The notes beneath the pieces are model-generated. The model was not told the DNA's origin. It saw only the letters and a list, made by a program, of their open reading frames with translations, and searched no databases. A stretch of DNA of 64,000 nucleotides from Macrostomum hystrix. Taxonomy: Eukaryota; Animalia; Platyhelminthes. The translations under genes were made by a program, and so were the position numbers. Below are positions 1-15,077 of this stretch, in pieces; the stretch's first letter is position 1; each line of letters starts with the position of its first letter. The stretch is taken from contig CATNEN010000001.1 of the NCBI GenBank assembly GCA_950097015.1, positions 21,824,001-21,888,000 of the forward strand, read 5' to 3'.

Positions 1-869
1 AGTAAAAAAGTAAAACATGACAGTTTTTGATTTAGTAAGCACTTTTTTCGTTTTCGTGCAGGTTTAAAGTAAAAGTTGAGGGTGGCGCAGACTTTACGAA
101 TTCTGCGTGGTAGGCCTATGTCAAAAAGTTATGAACAGAGCACGCGGTGTTAACCATAAAATCCTCCTGAGCCAAATAAGCATCAAGTAATGAATCCTGT
201 TAATTTTTTACTTTGTATGAAAACAATCACCACCCAAAGTGTTATATATGATGAAGTAATATTACAGTCATATTTTTATGCTTGTCAAGTTTCGAATATA
301 CTTTACTCTATTGCACCATTTTATTGTCATTTGTGAACCAGTAGGCCCTTAGTAGAGGACTTATTAGCTATTTTTCAATACCTGTGGTCTATAACCAATC
401 TATGGATTTTGTCAGTTTTTAAGAATCACCCTTACAAAAAAAAGAACGTTGTAAGTTTCTACTATTGTCATGCTTGCCAAGTTACAAAATATTTATAATG
501 TTTTTACAATTTTATCGACTTGACTAATTCTGCATGAATTTCCCTTTGTGGCTTATATTTATTTATACTATACCTATTAGTGGCCTGAAAACGCCCATTT
601 TACCTACTAATTTACTCTTAGTGGTAGCATCTCATTCTCTGACACAAGCTGTTTCTCTCTAAAGGCTTTCTTCTGGTATTGAATGAAATCTAAAATCCCC
701 AGGGCATTGGAGAGTCCCCTGAATTGGAGAGTCAGCATAAACCTAGTGAGATAGGCCTTGTTTCCTAGAAATATTTTCCCGCGAAAATTAGTATTTTTGT
801 TTAAATGCACCAACTTTTGTTTTAATGCACCGATTTTGTTTAAATTCACCGTGCATAAAATTTAAGAAG

Positions 870-1528
870 TTATAATGAAGTGAGGAGGAAGAAATTTGCT
901 ATAAATACACGAGCAGAATCAGGGAGAAAAATAACGTTTTGTCTGCACATACGTTCTGATAAAGAAAGCTTGAATCTTTAAGTGTTCATGTTAAAGATTT
1001 ATTTGAAAGAGACATTGCGAAAGAAAAGTAACCAGAGTGGAGAATAGCTGTAACTCTAGATCCACTGGAAAGCCCAAGACGGACTGAAAGACTGAACTGA
1101 AGATTGAATTGAAGACTGAATGAAAGACTGAATGAAAGACTGAGTTGAAGACTGAATGAAAGACTGAATTAAAGACTGAATTAAAGATTGAATTTAAGAC
1201 TGAAATTGAAGAGTAATTGAAGAGTGATACAAACAGATAAAGACGAATAAAGACTGATATAGAAAAAGTTATAAGTAAACAAATAGAGGAGATAATACCG
1301 GCCATATTGTAAACGCTACCAGATTGAATACATAACGCTACCAATTTGAATTGAAATAAGAAGTATATAAAGTGAACAAAATTAAGAAACATAGTAAAAG
1401 GACAGTATTTTGAATAAAAGGAACTTTGGATAAACAACAGTACAAGATTATAATTGAAAAGACCTAGAACAACTTTGGTGTCAGCAGTGAGATCGTTAAT
1501 ATTAGCCCTGTAACAACTTTGGTGGCAG
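870..1528 (+). mobile_element. LTR retrotransposon (Gypsy-like) LTR remnant with primer-binding sites
   Basis: TATAAATA near 900, AATAAA near 1247 and 1413, internal (AAGACTGAATTG)-like repeats 1080-1210, end TGTAACA (1509-1515) followed by TGGTGGCAG (1520-1528). An upstream AACA-ACTT-TGGTGTCAGCAGTGAGAT (PBS part 1476-1493) resembles a tRNA-Leu PBS. No gag/pol follows; left edge approximate. Confidence 0.5.
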
Positions 1529-2009
1529 TTTTAGAATTAATAATCCAGTAAGAAGATAGCCCTACGACACTAGTCTTAGCCTACACTTAGACACAAATTC
1601 CTAAGTTTGTCTTTTTACACTATTGGCTAAATGCTTTCTCAGTTCTTGGTTGGTACACATTGATTTTATTTCAATACTGTCATCCTTATTTATAGTAAGA
1701 GCAAGCAGTTTTTTATATCTATAGCAATAAGAAATTATGGCATTCTAACTTTTTAATATATAAAATTATTGTAACACTTTTATATCATTGAGTTACAGAA
1801 ATATTTAAAATATTTATAACATTTATAGACCACTACATATATCACAGAACAAGCCTTGTAAGCAACAGTTTGCTTCATGTTACACTTTTCATATAGATAG
1901 ATAAGTATTTTTCTTAAAAAACTCTAAAATTTAATTTGTTTAAATTCAGACTCCAATTTATTAGCCAATCAGATCCCAGCCTTTCAAAAGGCCAAAAAAG
2001 AACAAATGA

Positions 2010-3950
<1,941 letters not shown>

Positions 3951-4429
3951 AAGGCGATAATTTTCCTAAAGGAAAGGCTTTAAATTTTGGTGCTATTTTT
4001 CGCATGTTGCTACTGCTAGTGAGTTTTTAAATTATTGTTAGTAGAATCATTAGAACACATAATTCATACTTGTGTTGCCGCTCAAAATTTGCATGTTTTT
4101 TTAAACAACGAATCGTCTAATTTAATATAAAACTCGGTGAATATTTTATAACCATTTTCTTCATAAAATGTGTATTTCGCTTGGTATGAAAAAAATCTAT
4201 TTTTGCTACTAATTTTGTTTTTCTAAGAACACTATCATGCCACATATCGTGACCACGAAAGTTACCTTGCACCGTGCATTTGTCTTGTTCCACTTTTGCT
4301 TGTTTCTAATTAAATTTTATTTATCGATCACTGTTAGGCTGCTAAATAATAATTTTACTATAACACAAGCACAAAAACACATTGAAAGAATTATGTTTTT
4401 TAATTACTCTAGCGGTCAACTCATCCTCC

Positions 4430-5768
4430 GAAACAACAGAATCCTCAGACCAGGCCTCCAAAACTACAGAATCCCCAGACCAGGCCTCCAAAACTACAGA
4501 ATCCCCAGACACTGGCCTCCAAAACTACAGAATCCCCAGACACTGGCCTCCAAAACTACAGAATCCCCAGACACTGGCCTCCAAAACTACAAAATCCCCA
4601 GACACTGGCCTCCAAAACTTCAGAATCCCCAGACACTGGCCTCCAGAACTACAAAATCCCCAGACACTGGCCTCCAAAACTACAGAATCCCCAGACACTG
4701 GCCTCCAAAACTACAGAATCCTCAGACCAGGCCTCCAAAACTACAGAATCCTCAGACCAGGCCTCCAAAACTACAGAATCCTCAGACCAGGCCTCCAAAA
4801 CTACAGAATCCTCAGACACTGGCCTCCAAAACTACAGAATCCCCAGACACTGGCCTCCAAAACTACAGAATCCCCAGACACTGGCCTCCAAAACTACAGA
4901 ATCCCCAGACACTGGCCTCCAAAACTACAAAATCCCCAGACACTGGCCTCCAAAACTACAGAATCCCCAGACACTGGCCTCCAAAACTACAAAATCCCCA
5001 GACACTGGCCTCCAAAACTACAGAATCCCCAGACACTGGCCTCCAAAACTACAGAATCCCCAGACACTGGCCTCCAAAACTACAGAATCCCCAGACACTG
5101 GCCTCCAAAACTACAGAATCCCCAGACACTGGCCTCCAAAACTACAGAATCCCCAGACACTGGCCTCCAAAACTACAGAATCCCCAGACACTGGCCTCCA
5201 AAACTACAAAATCCCCAGACACTGGCCTCCAAAACTACAGAATCCCCAGACACTGGCCTCCAGAACTACAAAATCCCCAGACACTGGCCTCCAAAACTAC
5301 AGAATCCCCAGACACTGGCCTCCAAAACTACAGAATCCTCAGACCAGGCCTCCAAAACTACAGAATCCCCAGACACTGGCCTCCAAAACTACAGAATCCT
5401 CAGACCAGGCCTCCAAAACTACAGAATCCTCAGACCAGGCCTCCAAAACTACAGAATCCTCAGACACTGGCCTCCAAAACTACAGAATCCCCAGACACTG
5501 GCCTCCAAAACTACAGAATCCCCAGACACTGGCCTCCAAAACTACAGAATCCCCAGACACTGGCCTCCAAAACTACAGAATCCCCAGACACTGGCCTCCA
5601 AAACTACAGAATCCCCAGACACTGGCCTCCAAAACTACAGAATCCCCAGACACTGGCCTCCAAAACTACAGAATCCCCAGACACTGGCCTCCAAAACTAC
5701 AGAATCCCCAGACACTGGCCTCCAAAACTACAGAATCCCCAGACACTGGCCTCCAAAACTACAGAATG
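4430..5768. repeat. 31-bp minisatellite (CAGAATCCCCAGACACTGGCCTCCAAAACTA)n with a 30-bp variant
   Basis: About 43 near-perfect units; explains the 626- and 517-aa ORFs. Confidence 0.95.
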
Positions 5769-6084
5769 CAGTGAGCAGTCATTCTTTCGTCTGTCCATCA
5801 GCCGCCCAATGGCCACAAACATTGCGCGCAGCCTACGGACTGTTGGTTTCCTCACCAATATGCCGTGCCGTTGCACAGCCCGCCATCAACACCATGCAAC
5901 ACCTGGCCTGCTTCCGCTGCGTTACTTGCGGCTAGCCAGCAGCTCAGACAAGCAGTTGTCCAGCCTGGGAGCCTCCGTCGGCAGCTGCGCCACACATCAG
6001 CTCTGGTACAGTGGAACCGTCTGGGCCAAGCAGTTCATTTACAATCGGGGCTCATTCATGTGCGGATTTATGACCACATTTTAT

Positions 6085-7245
6085 TTTCTTGTCACTCTCC
6101 CTCACACCATTATCTGATATTCTTGTCACTCTCCCTCACACCATTATCTGATATTCTTGTCACTCTCCCTCACACCATTATCTGATATTCTTGTCACTCT
6201 CCCTCACACCATTATCTGATATTCTTGTCACTCTCCCTCACACCATTATCTGATCTTCTTGTCACTCTCCCTCACACCATTATCTGATCTTCTTGTCACT
6301 CTCCCTCACACCATTATCTGATATTCTTGTCACTCTCCCTTACACCATTATCTGATATTCTTGTCACTCTCCCTTACACCATTATCTGATATTCTTGTCA
6401 CTCTCCCTTACACCATTATCTGATATTCTTGTCACTCTCCCTCACACCATTATCTGATATTCTTGTCACTCTCCCTCACACCATTATCTGATATTCTTGT
6501 CACTCTCCCTCACACCATTATCTGATATTCTTGTCACTCTCCCTCACACCATTATCTGATATTCTTGTCACTCTCCCTCACACCATTATCTGATATTCTT
6601 GTCACTCTCCCTCACACCATTATCTGATATTCTTGTCACTCTCCTTCACACCATTATCTGATATTCTTGTCACTCTCCCTCACACCATTATCTGATATTC
6701 TTGTCACTCTCCCTCACACCATTATCTGATATTCTTGTCACTCTCCCTCACACCATTATCTGATATTCTTGTCACTCTCCCTCAAACCATTATCTGATCT
6801 TCTTGTCACTCTCCCTCACACCATTATCTGATATTCTTGTCACTCTCCCTTACACCATTATCTGATATTCTTGTCACTCTCCCTCACACCATTATCTGAT
6901 ATTCTTGTCACTCTCCCTCACACCATTATCTGATATTCTTGTCACTCTCCCTCACACCATTATCTGATCTTGTCACTCTCCCTCACACCATTATCTGATC
7001 TTGTCACTCTCCCTCACACCATTATCTGATATTCTTGTCACTCTCCCTCACACCATTATCTGATATTCTTGTCACTCTCCCTCACACCATTATCTGATAT
7101 TCTTGTCACTCTCCCTCACACCATTATCTGATATTCTTGACACTCTCCCTCACACCATTATCTGATATTCTTGTCACTCTCCCTTACACCATTATCTGAT
7201 ATTCTTGTCACTCTCCTTCACACCATTATCTGATATTCTTGTCAG
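6085..7245. repeat. 34-bp minisatellite (TTCTTGTCACTCTCCCTCACACCATTATCTGATA)n
   Basis: About 34 units. Confidence 0.95.
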
Positions 7246-7964
7246 ATTAAGAACTGTCAGATTATTCTTTCATTGATTTAGAATTGTCTGGCTCGGAGGC
7301 TAACAGCCAGCAGGCAATCCGGAGCCAGCGGGCTCTGGATCGGCTGCAACATCAGCTTCGATGCAGCTCTGTATGCTCTCAGAGAGCCAAATAATTAACG
7401 GTGGAAATAAAAGTACAGTAATGCGATATTACTAAACGCCTGTTCTCATTGCCAACTCAAAACGTTTCGGTACTACTGAAATGCTGTGCGGATGTGTCAC
7501 CATTCAGCTGAAGCTCAACTATTTAACCATGACCCCACAAGAACTCAACTCGCGATTGAGTACGAGCTTGAACTGCTCGATATTTCTATAAGAAGCTAAA
7601 AATACTTAAAACTTTGTTATACGAGCTCGTAGAATCCAGAATTTTAAACACCGGTAAAAATTACCCTAGATGGTGAATATTTAGTTGAAAAATATTTGTG
7701 TATTCTTTGCAAAATTACGCCAATTATGCAAGTAAATACTCGTGTTAAACATAATTACTCGTGGAACAGGCACGAGCTGAAGGACAAAACGCAGAAAGCC
7801 AGGATAAGCACACTCCTAGTCATGCTGATTTTAATGACACATTCGTGTCAATAAAAAACAAGTATCTTTAGGAGTGAGGATACTAGAGTTGGCTGTCAAG
7901 AGTGTCAACTCTCGTTCTAATGGTCCAATGAACTCAAAGAACCCATGACCTATCTAATGCAGGT

Positions 7965-8238
7965 TCAAGGCAAATGTGCAGCCGACAGCACAGCCGCAGC
8001 TATTGCGCGGCCCATCTAAAGGCTGCGTACGGCTGATCAGTCCATGGACTGGGGGGACGTCACACCCACCTTCAATTATCCCAGCTAATGCTGGTACCCA
8101 TTTAACAGCTGGGTGAACTGAAGCAATGCAGAGTTAAGTGTCTTGCTAAAAGACACAAATTGTTCCAGTGGAGTCAGGAATCGAACCCCCGACCTTCAAG
8201 TCGTGAGCCCGACGCTCTAACCACAAGGCTACAACCTT
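7965..8238 (-). mobile_element. tRNA-derived SINE with CORE-like central domain (family B)
   Basis: Minus strand: A-box-like TAGCCTTGTGG, B box GGTTCGATTCC, then GCAAGACACTTAACTCTGCATTGCTTCAGTTCACCCAGCTGTTAAATGGGTACC resembling the CORE domain. Related copies near 25372, 29430 and 44815. Confidence 0.75.
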
Positions 8239-8919
8239 GATCAACAGTCAGCTTGAAAGAATTAGAAGTTAAGCCAAAGCATTACCCATATTGATTGATT
8301 AAAAAGTGTTACACTTTGTGCAGCAAAGTGCTGGAGAAAGAAACGGAGTTATTGCTGTGAGCCACTTTTTTATAATTAATCAGTTTGAAATAGCAGTTTG
8401 AAAAATTCAGGCTCTATATAAGCTAAGCTGAACTACAGCGCAGACTAAAAACTGAAAATTCACCTGTAAAATATGTTTTTGTGTGTAACTAAACAATTGA
8501 TCAGATGGATAGATAATTCTGTTGTTAGCAAAGCTAAAATGTTCAAAAACAAAAATATAACTATGCGAAATGGACTGTAATCTAACAGTTAAGGCAATAA
8601 GAAAATAAAATTAAGTTAGTAAAAAGCTTTAGCAGCTACTTAATAACCGCAAACGTAAGTAGTATTTAGCGGTAAGTGCATGCTAATTTGGCTAAATGGT
8701 TGTTATAAAACAAAATATCGACAATACTAAGGTCAAAAAGATTTGAACTATATGCGTAATGGGAATATTTTAGGCTTATAAGCTAAGAGGCTCCAATGCG
8801 TACCGACGCAAAGTTGTAAGAAAAACACAACAATAAATTATTGTGTGCAAATCAAAGGCTAAGGAGTCATTAATTTTAAATTGTATTTTTTAAGGGATTG
8901 ACAATGAAGTGTACTTTCG

Positions 8920-9545
8920 GGCAGGGGTTGGCCAGGAGTGAGTGTACATTAGTGAAGGGGTTGGCAAGGAGTGCGTGTACATTAGGGTAGGGGTTGGCCA
9001 GGAGTGAGTGTACATTAGGGTAGGGGTTGGCCAGGAGTGAGTGTACATTAGGGTAGGGGTTTGCCAGGAGTGAGTGTACATTAGGGTAGGGGTTGGCCAG
9101 GAGTGAGTGTACATTAGGGTAGGGGTTGGCCAGGAGTGAGTGTACATTAGGGTAGGGGTTTGCCAGGAGTGAGTGTACATTAGGGTAGGGGTTGGCCAGG
9201 AGTGAGTGTACATTAGGGTAGGGGTTGGCCAGGAGTGAGTGTACATTAGGGTAGGGGTTTGCCAGGAGTGAGTGTACATTAGGGTAGGGGTTGGCCAGGA
9301 GTGAGTGTACATTAGGGTAGGGGTTGGCCAGGAGTGAGTGTACATTAGGGTAGGGGTTTGCCAGGAGTGAGTGTACATTAGGGTAGGGGTTGGCCAGGAG
9401 TGAGTGTACATTAGGGTAGGGGTTGGCCAGGAGTGAGTGTACATTAGGGTAGGGGTTGGCCAGGAGTGAGTGTACATTAGGGTAGGGGTTGGCCAGGAGT
9501 GAGTGTACATTAGGGTAGGGGTTTGCCAGGAGTCAGTGTACATTG
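8920..9545. repeat. 33-bp G-rich minisatellite (CCAGGAGTGAGTGTACATTAGGGTAGGGGTTGG)n
   Basis: About 19 units, nearly all with TTAGGG. Confidence 0.95.
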
Positions 9546-10125
9546 AGGAAGGGGCTCAAGGGGCTGGGCAGAATCGAGTTTACATTGAGTAAAAATTAAT
9601 TGGTGGCTAGCTCAGCCCAGTAATATTTGAAATTAAAGATAAAGAAGCAGGATGAATTAAAAACCATTCTACGAGTATATTCACCTAAAAGTAAAAACAT
9701 GAAGATAGGCATAGATCTAGCCGTATACGGTCGTCTGTTGTAAAAGTCTGCAACTCACACAGAAAAATCACAGGTAAGAGAAAAATCTAAAGTAAATGTG
9801 CGGCAAATTATAGAAAAAGACATGAAGCCGAAACATTTCGGATATGTGCGAAGTCATTGTACGGAATTGGACAGACAACAATTAATGCAAAGCTAAGTGC
9901 CGTGTGAACTATGACCCAAATACCGAATGAAACAGATGTACTCCTAACACCAATGCTGGCACTGCAACACTGTCTGAACAACAGTTAGTTGAAATAATCA
10001 GTTTAAAGTGAAGAAAACTAACAAGTAGCGATAAACTACCCTCAAAATTAAGTACCGAAACTTTAATCCAATACTAGCTGAACTGAAGCTTAAGACTAAC
10101 GGACAATCAGTCAGCCAGCCAGGCC

Positions 10126-12218
10126 TCACTCTCCAGTCGGGTCGATCTGGGGCAGGAGGCCGGCAGCCGAGATGTTGTCGCCGGCGCCGCCAGTCTGCCT
10201 GACCCGGGTGCATACGAGGCCGGGCGCCACGCACATTGTGAGGCTGTCGGAGCCGGCAGTCTCATTCCAGCAGCTGACTGGCTCGCTGGCATTGAATGTT
10301 CTCCGGTCGGCTCCGGGCAGTTCGCTAACAGCGAAGCTGTCATCCATGAGCAGCTTGACCCGGCTGACGTCCACATCGGGCACGGCGCAGGTGTACCGGT
10401 GGGCCACCAGGGCGGCCCTGGCAGCAGCCGAACGTGGATTGACCCAGCGCGAATCGGAGCGGGTCAGGATGGCCTGGAAGCCCAGGGTGTGCAGGTGGAT
10501 GCGGCTGGGCTGCCGCTTCGAGTCTGGGATGCAATGGGGTGGGGCGGGGATGCCAGATTTTGTTTAGAACAAATACCGTACGCAGGCACACGTACACACA
10601 GGTGTGTACATTTGAACTGACTTTCTAATTTTCAGGCAGTGCACACATTCACCGTGCCTTGGAGGTTGGCCATCAAGGTGCACGACAAGTCCCCAAGCCT
10701 TCTCTTCTCGGCTGCGTCCCAAAATGGATCTGGCTTCGTAAAGGAATCGAGCTCAGAAACCTTGGTGCGAGAGGCAACGCATTCGACCGCTGTTTACAAA
10801 GGTAAATATTCGGCAGCTAACCTGGCAAGTCGCGCAGGGCGGTATACAGCCGACGCATCAGGTCCAGCATGGTGGCCACGCGCGGATAAGCGGCAGAGAG
10901 TACAATGGGCTTGCCAGTCTCCAAGACGCTAACCAAGTTCGGCAGCTCCTGTTCGTTCAGGCCGATGGAGTCCGCTTTGTTCAGCACGTGATGCACCACC
11001 AGGCTGAGTATGTCGGCGTCGGCAAACGAAGCCATCTCAAAGTGGATCAGCGGGTGAGTCTGCTCTGTTAGGAAATCTCCCAGTTTGCCCAGCAATGCAT
11101 CCGGCTCGCTGGCATTGGAGTAGGGAATGCCGTCCATGAGCTGCAGGCCGCCAATCACCAGCACGTCGGGCCTGAAGGCGGCCAGGCTGGTCCGGAAATC
11201 AGGCAGGCTGGCCAGCCGAGGATTGCTCCGATCGCGGTGAAATATGAAACGATTGGCGCGCGGGGCTCGAAGCCCGGACCACTCGTCGCCAACTTCGTAC
11301 TCAACGCTGACGTGATAATCAGCGGATTCGTCTAGACCGGTCAGGATCACTCGACGGTGCAGGGCCGCGCTGTACTCCGGCGTTAGCGTTGCCCCTAGCA
11401 ACACATCCGAGCCGTCGTTAGCCAAGCGATTAGCCATTGTGGGCGCGTTGCCGCCCAGGGAAAATCGCCTAGCAACGCTAGCAGAGGCTTTTAGCCTGGC
11501 GATGATATCGGCAAATATGGACTCGTTGTCAAGGTAACGCTCCGCAGCTGCGCCCTAAATTAAATAGCAAGCAGCGATTGTTGCAGCGTGACTTCTGTTT
11601 GCCTCGATGTAATTTGTATGTACATTAGTACTGATGTCAATTGAATATACGTTGCTTATTTATAACGTTTACAACTGATGCACAATAAATTATCCCCTAC
11701 CAATGTACATCAATTGTCCATAACCAATGTACATGGATATAATCTACTACATATGCTTTCTTATCGCATACTCATGCATATAACTTTTCACTTACTATGC
11801 TCAAGTTAACACTCATTATAATGGATTTTTAAGTACTCGTTCGCACACAGCCACAGACCTGCTTGAAGAAGAAGCCAAACATCTGCCTGAAATCGGCCAT
11901 TGTCCGCAGGTGCTCCGGATAGCTGTCGAAGCCAGATGCCGGCGCCAGCTTTTCCAGCTCAGGCGAATCAAAGATCGACCAGAAATCCTTAGCCGTCACC
12001 ACAATGTCCACGCAGGCGCCCAGGCCAACAGCCAACCTGGGCCTGCGCGAGGCGGATAGCGAGTAGTTCTCAGCTACGGCCATCTGCCTAGCAACTAGGC
12101 GCATGTGGTCGAGCTGCTCGCCTGTTTGAACGCCGAGCAACTCGTGCCGGCTATTGAGCCAGTAGGCCAGAGCAAATGCCAGGGCGGCAACCAGGATTGA
12201 CGACTTGAGGGACAGCAT
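10126..12218 (-). CDS. ADPGK: ADP-dependent glucokinase, 3 exons: 12218-11859, 11554-10822, 10523-10126
   Basis: N-terminal hydrophobic anchor; motifs VGLGACVD, GAAAERY, GGNAPTMA, PRANRFI, IHFEMASF, DSIGLNEQEL, RIHLHTL, GAGDNISAAGL. Splice joins keep frame. Confidence 0.95.
10570..10792 (-). mobile_element. tRNA-derived SINE family A, degenerate copy in ADPGK intron 2
   Basis: Aligns by eye with copies at 15500, 22545, 26536 and 29070. Confidence 0.8.
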
Positions 12219-12364
12219 TTGACTGGAATGCAAAGTTATGGAGAGCCTCATTAACATTAGCTAGGTGAAAACCATTGCTGGCCTTGAAAACTGTCCCTAA
12301 TTAATCAGGGCTAATCATCTTGATGGAATTGAGACCTCAAACGCAATGAAGGATCAGAGGAGCT

Positions 12365-13110
12365 GGTCCTGAAGGATCGGCCTTGAAAGTTAAGAAAGCG
12401 GTCCCTGAAGGATGAGATGATATGACCCTGAAGGATTAGAGGATTTGACCCTGAAGGATAAGAGGAGATGTTCCTGAAGGATAAGAGAAGACCCTGAAGG
12501 ATTAGAGGAGTTGACCCTGAAGGATAAGAGATGTTCCTGAAGGATAAGAAAAGACCCTGAAGGATTAGAGGAGTTGACCCTGAATGATAAGAGGATATGA
12601 CCCTGAAAGGATAAGAGAAGACCCTGAAGGATTAGAGGATATGACCCTGAAGGGTAAGAGGAGATATTCCTGAAGGATAAGAGGAGATATTCCTGAAGGA
12701 TAAGAGGAGTTGACCCTGAAGGATAAGAGGAGATGTTCCTGAAGGATAAGAGGAGTTGACCCTGAAGGATAAGAGGAGATGTTCCTGAAGGATAAGAGGA
12801 GTTGACCCTGAAGGATAAGAGGAGATGTTCCTGAAGGATAAGAGGAGTTGACCCTGAAGGATAAGAGGAGTTGACCCTGAAGTATAAGAAGAGATGTTCC
12901 TGAAGGATAAGAGGAGTTGACCCTGAAGGATGAGAGGATATGACCCTGAAGGGTTAGAGAAGACCCTGAAGGATTAGGGGATATGACCCTGAAGTTTAAA
13001 TAAATATGACCCTGAAGGATAATAAAAGACCCTGAAGGATTGGAGGATATGACCCGGAAGGATAAGAGGAGTTGACCCTGAAGTTTGAATAAATATGACC
13101 CTGAAAGATA
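12365..13110. repeat. Degenerate 23-24-bp minisatellite built on CCTGAAGGATAAGAGGAG
   Basis: Alternating TTGACCCTGAAGG and TGTTCCTGAAGG units upstream of ADPGK. Confidence 0.9.
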
Positions 13111-14039
13111 AGAGAGCACAAAAAAATAATGACATGATTATTTGACAATTGTAAAACAAAACATCAAGTGAAGGAACAAACAAACAAATAAATTTGTTAA
13201 AGTGTACTTCTAAGCAATTAAACTTTTTTTTAAGAAACTAAAAAATCATACATGACAGGAACTACTCACAAGATACTCAATTAAAGTATGAAGTGTGAAG
13301 TGTGACAGTTCAGAACAGCATAATAAGCAGTATTTGAAACCATTATCTTTGTAAGAAAATGGGCGAGATTATTGCATACAGAAACAATACAATACTCTGA
13401 TACAGAGATTAGTATTGTATTTTAGCAACGAACTAGATATTATTAACAATGAAAGAGTAATAAAACTTATACAGTCTGTTAGCAACGCTCCCAGTACTCC
13501 GCTAACAGTAAAAAAATTCGTTACTTTTAAGGTATGTATTATTAACGAGTAAGCGTTATATAAAAACAAAGAGTAACGAATAAAAACAAAGAATTCCAAT
13601 AAAGTAACGGATCAGAAAAGTAACGAAATTTATTTGAGGGGGGGAGATATATAGATTAATTAGCTACATTACAGACGAAAAATGAAAACAATCTCAGCTT
13701 TTTTTCGCGATTCTGTCTGTCGAAACCAACCAAGAAACTAAAATGTGAAGTTACATCAAACAATAAATAAAATGCACAAGCAAGTCTCTTTTTAGGACAC
13801 ATTAGTAACACATAAAATAAGGCATTGTTGACACATTCTAATCACATTCTTCGGAATGGCTGACAATGTACTCATAATTCAGATATAACATATAAGACAG
13901 CACTTCTAGAAACTCTGGGACAATTAATGACAAATAAATTACCTTTTATTGGAAAAGGAAGGGGAGAGAGTCTTAAGGATCTAGGATAGGGAAAGCAGGT
14001 TTAAAAGGACTATAGAGATGTTTTCATGCCTGCAGAGAT

Positions 14040-14990
14040 CTGAAGGATCAGAGGGAACACACCTGAAGGATCAGAGGGAACACACCTGAAGGATCAGAGG
14101 GAACACACCTGAAGGATCATAGGGAACACACCTGAAGGATCATAGGGAACACACCTGAAGGATCATAGGGAACACACCTGAAGGATCAGAGGGAACACAC
14201 CTGAAGGATAAGAGGGAAAACACCTGAAGGATCAGAGGGAACACACCTGAAGGATCATAGGGAACACACCTGAAGGATCAGAGGGAACACACCTGAAGGA
14301 TAAGAGGGAAAACACCTGAAGGATAAGAGGGAAAACACCTGAAGGATCAGAGGGAACACACCTGAAGGATCATAGGGAACACACCTGAAGGATCAGAGGG
14401 AACACACTTGAAGGATCATAGGGAACACACCTGAAGGATAAGAGGGAACACACCTGAAGTATCAGAGGGAAAACACCTGAAGGATCATAGGGAACACACC
14501 TGAAGGATCAGAGGGAACACACCTGAAGGATCAGAGGGAACACACCTGAAGGATAAGAGGGAACACACCTGAAGGATCAGAGGGAACACACCTGAAGGAT
14601 AAGAGGGAACACACCTGAAGTATCAGAGGGAAAACACCTGAAGGATCAGAGGGAACACACCTGAAGGATCAGAGGGAACACACCTGAAGGATCAGAGGGA
14701 ACACACCTGAAGGATCAGAGGGAACACACCTGAAGGATCAGAGGGAACACACCTGAAGGATCAGAGGGAACACACCTGAAGGATCAGAGGGAACACACCT
14801 GAAGGATCAGAGGGAACACACCTGAAGGATAAGAGGGAACACACCTGAAGGATAAGAGGGAACACACCTGAAGGATCAGAGGGAACACACCTGAAGGATC
14901 AGAGGGAACACACCTGAAGTATCAGAGTGAACACACCTAAAGGATCAGAGGGAACACACCTGAAAGATCAGGAACCACCTGAAGGATCAT
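14040..14990. repeat. 23-bp minisatellite (CCTGAAGGATCAGAGGGAACACA)n
   Basis: About 40 units just downstream of the RNFT-like stop codon. Confidence 0.95.
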
Positions 14991-15077
14991 GGGAAGACCT
15001 GAATAAATCAATTGTATTACACTGTTCTGTCCAGAAATCTTGTGACAAAACTCAGCAGTTAGTCAAAGTGTTCAATT

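Noticed and set aside
4237-6117. 626- and 517-aa ORFs
   Set aside because: Stop-free 31-bp satellite cycling through all three frames; no domain evidence.
6085-7245. CRISPR-like array (also considered for the other 23-45-bp arrays)
   Set aside because: Units are directly adjacent with no unique spacers, no cas genes, eukaryotic context.
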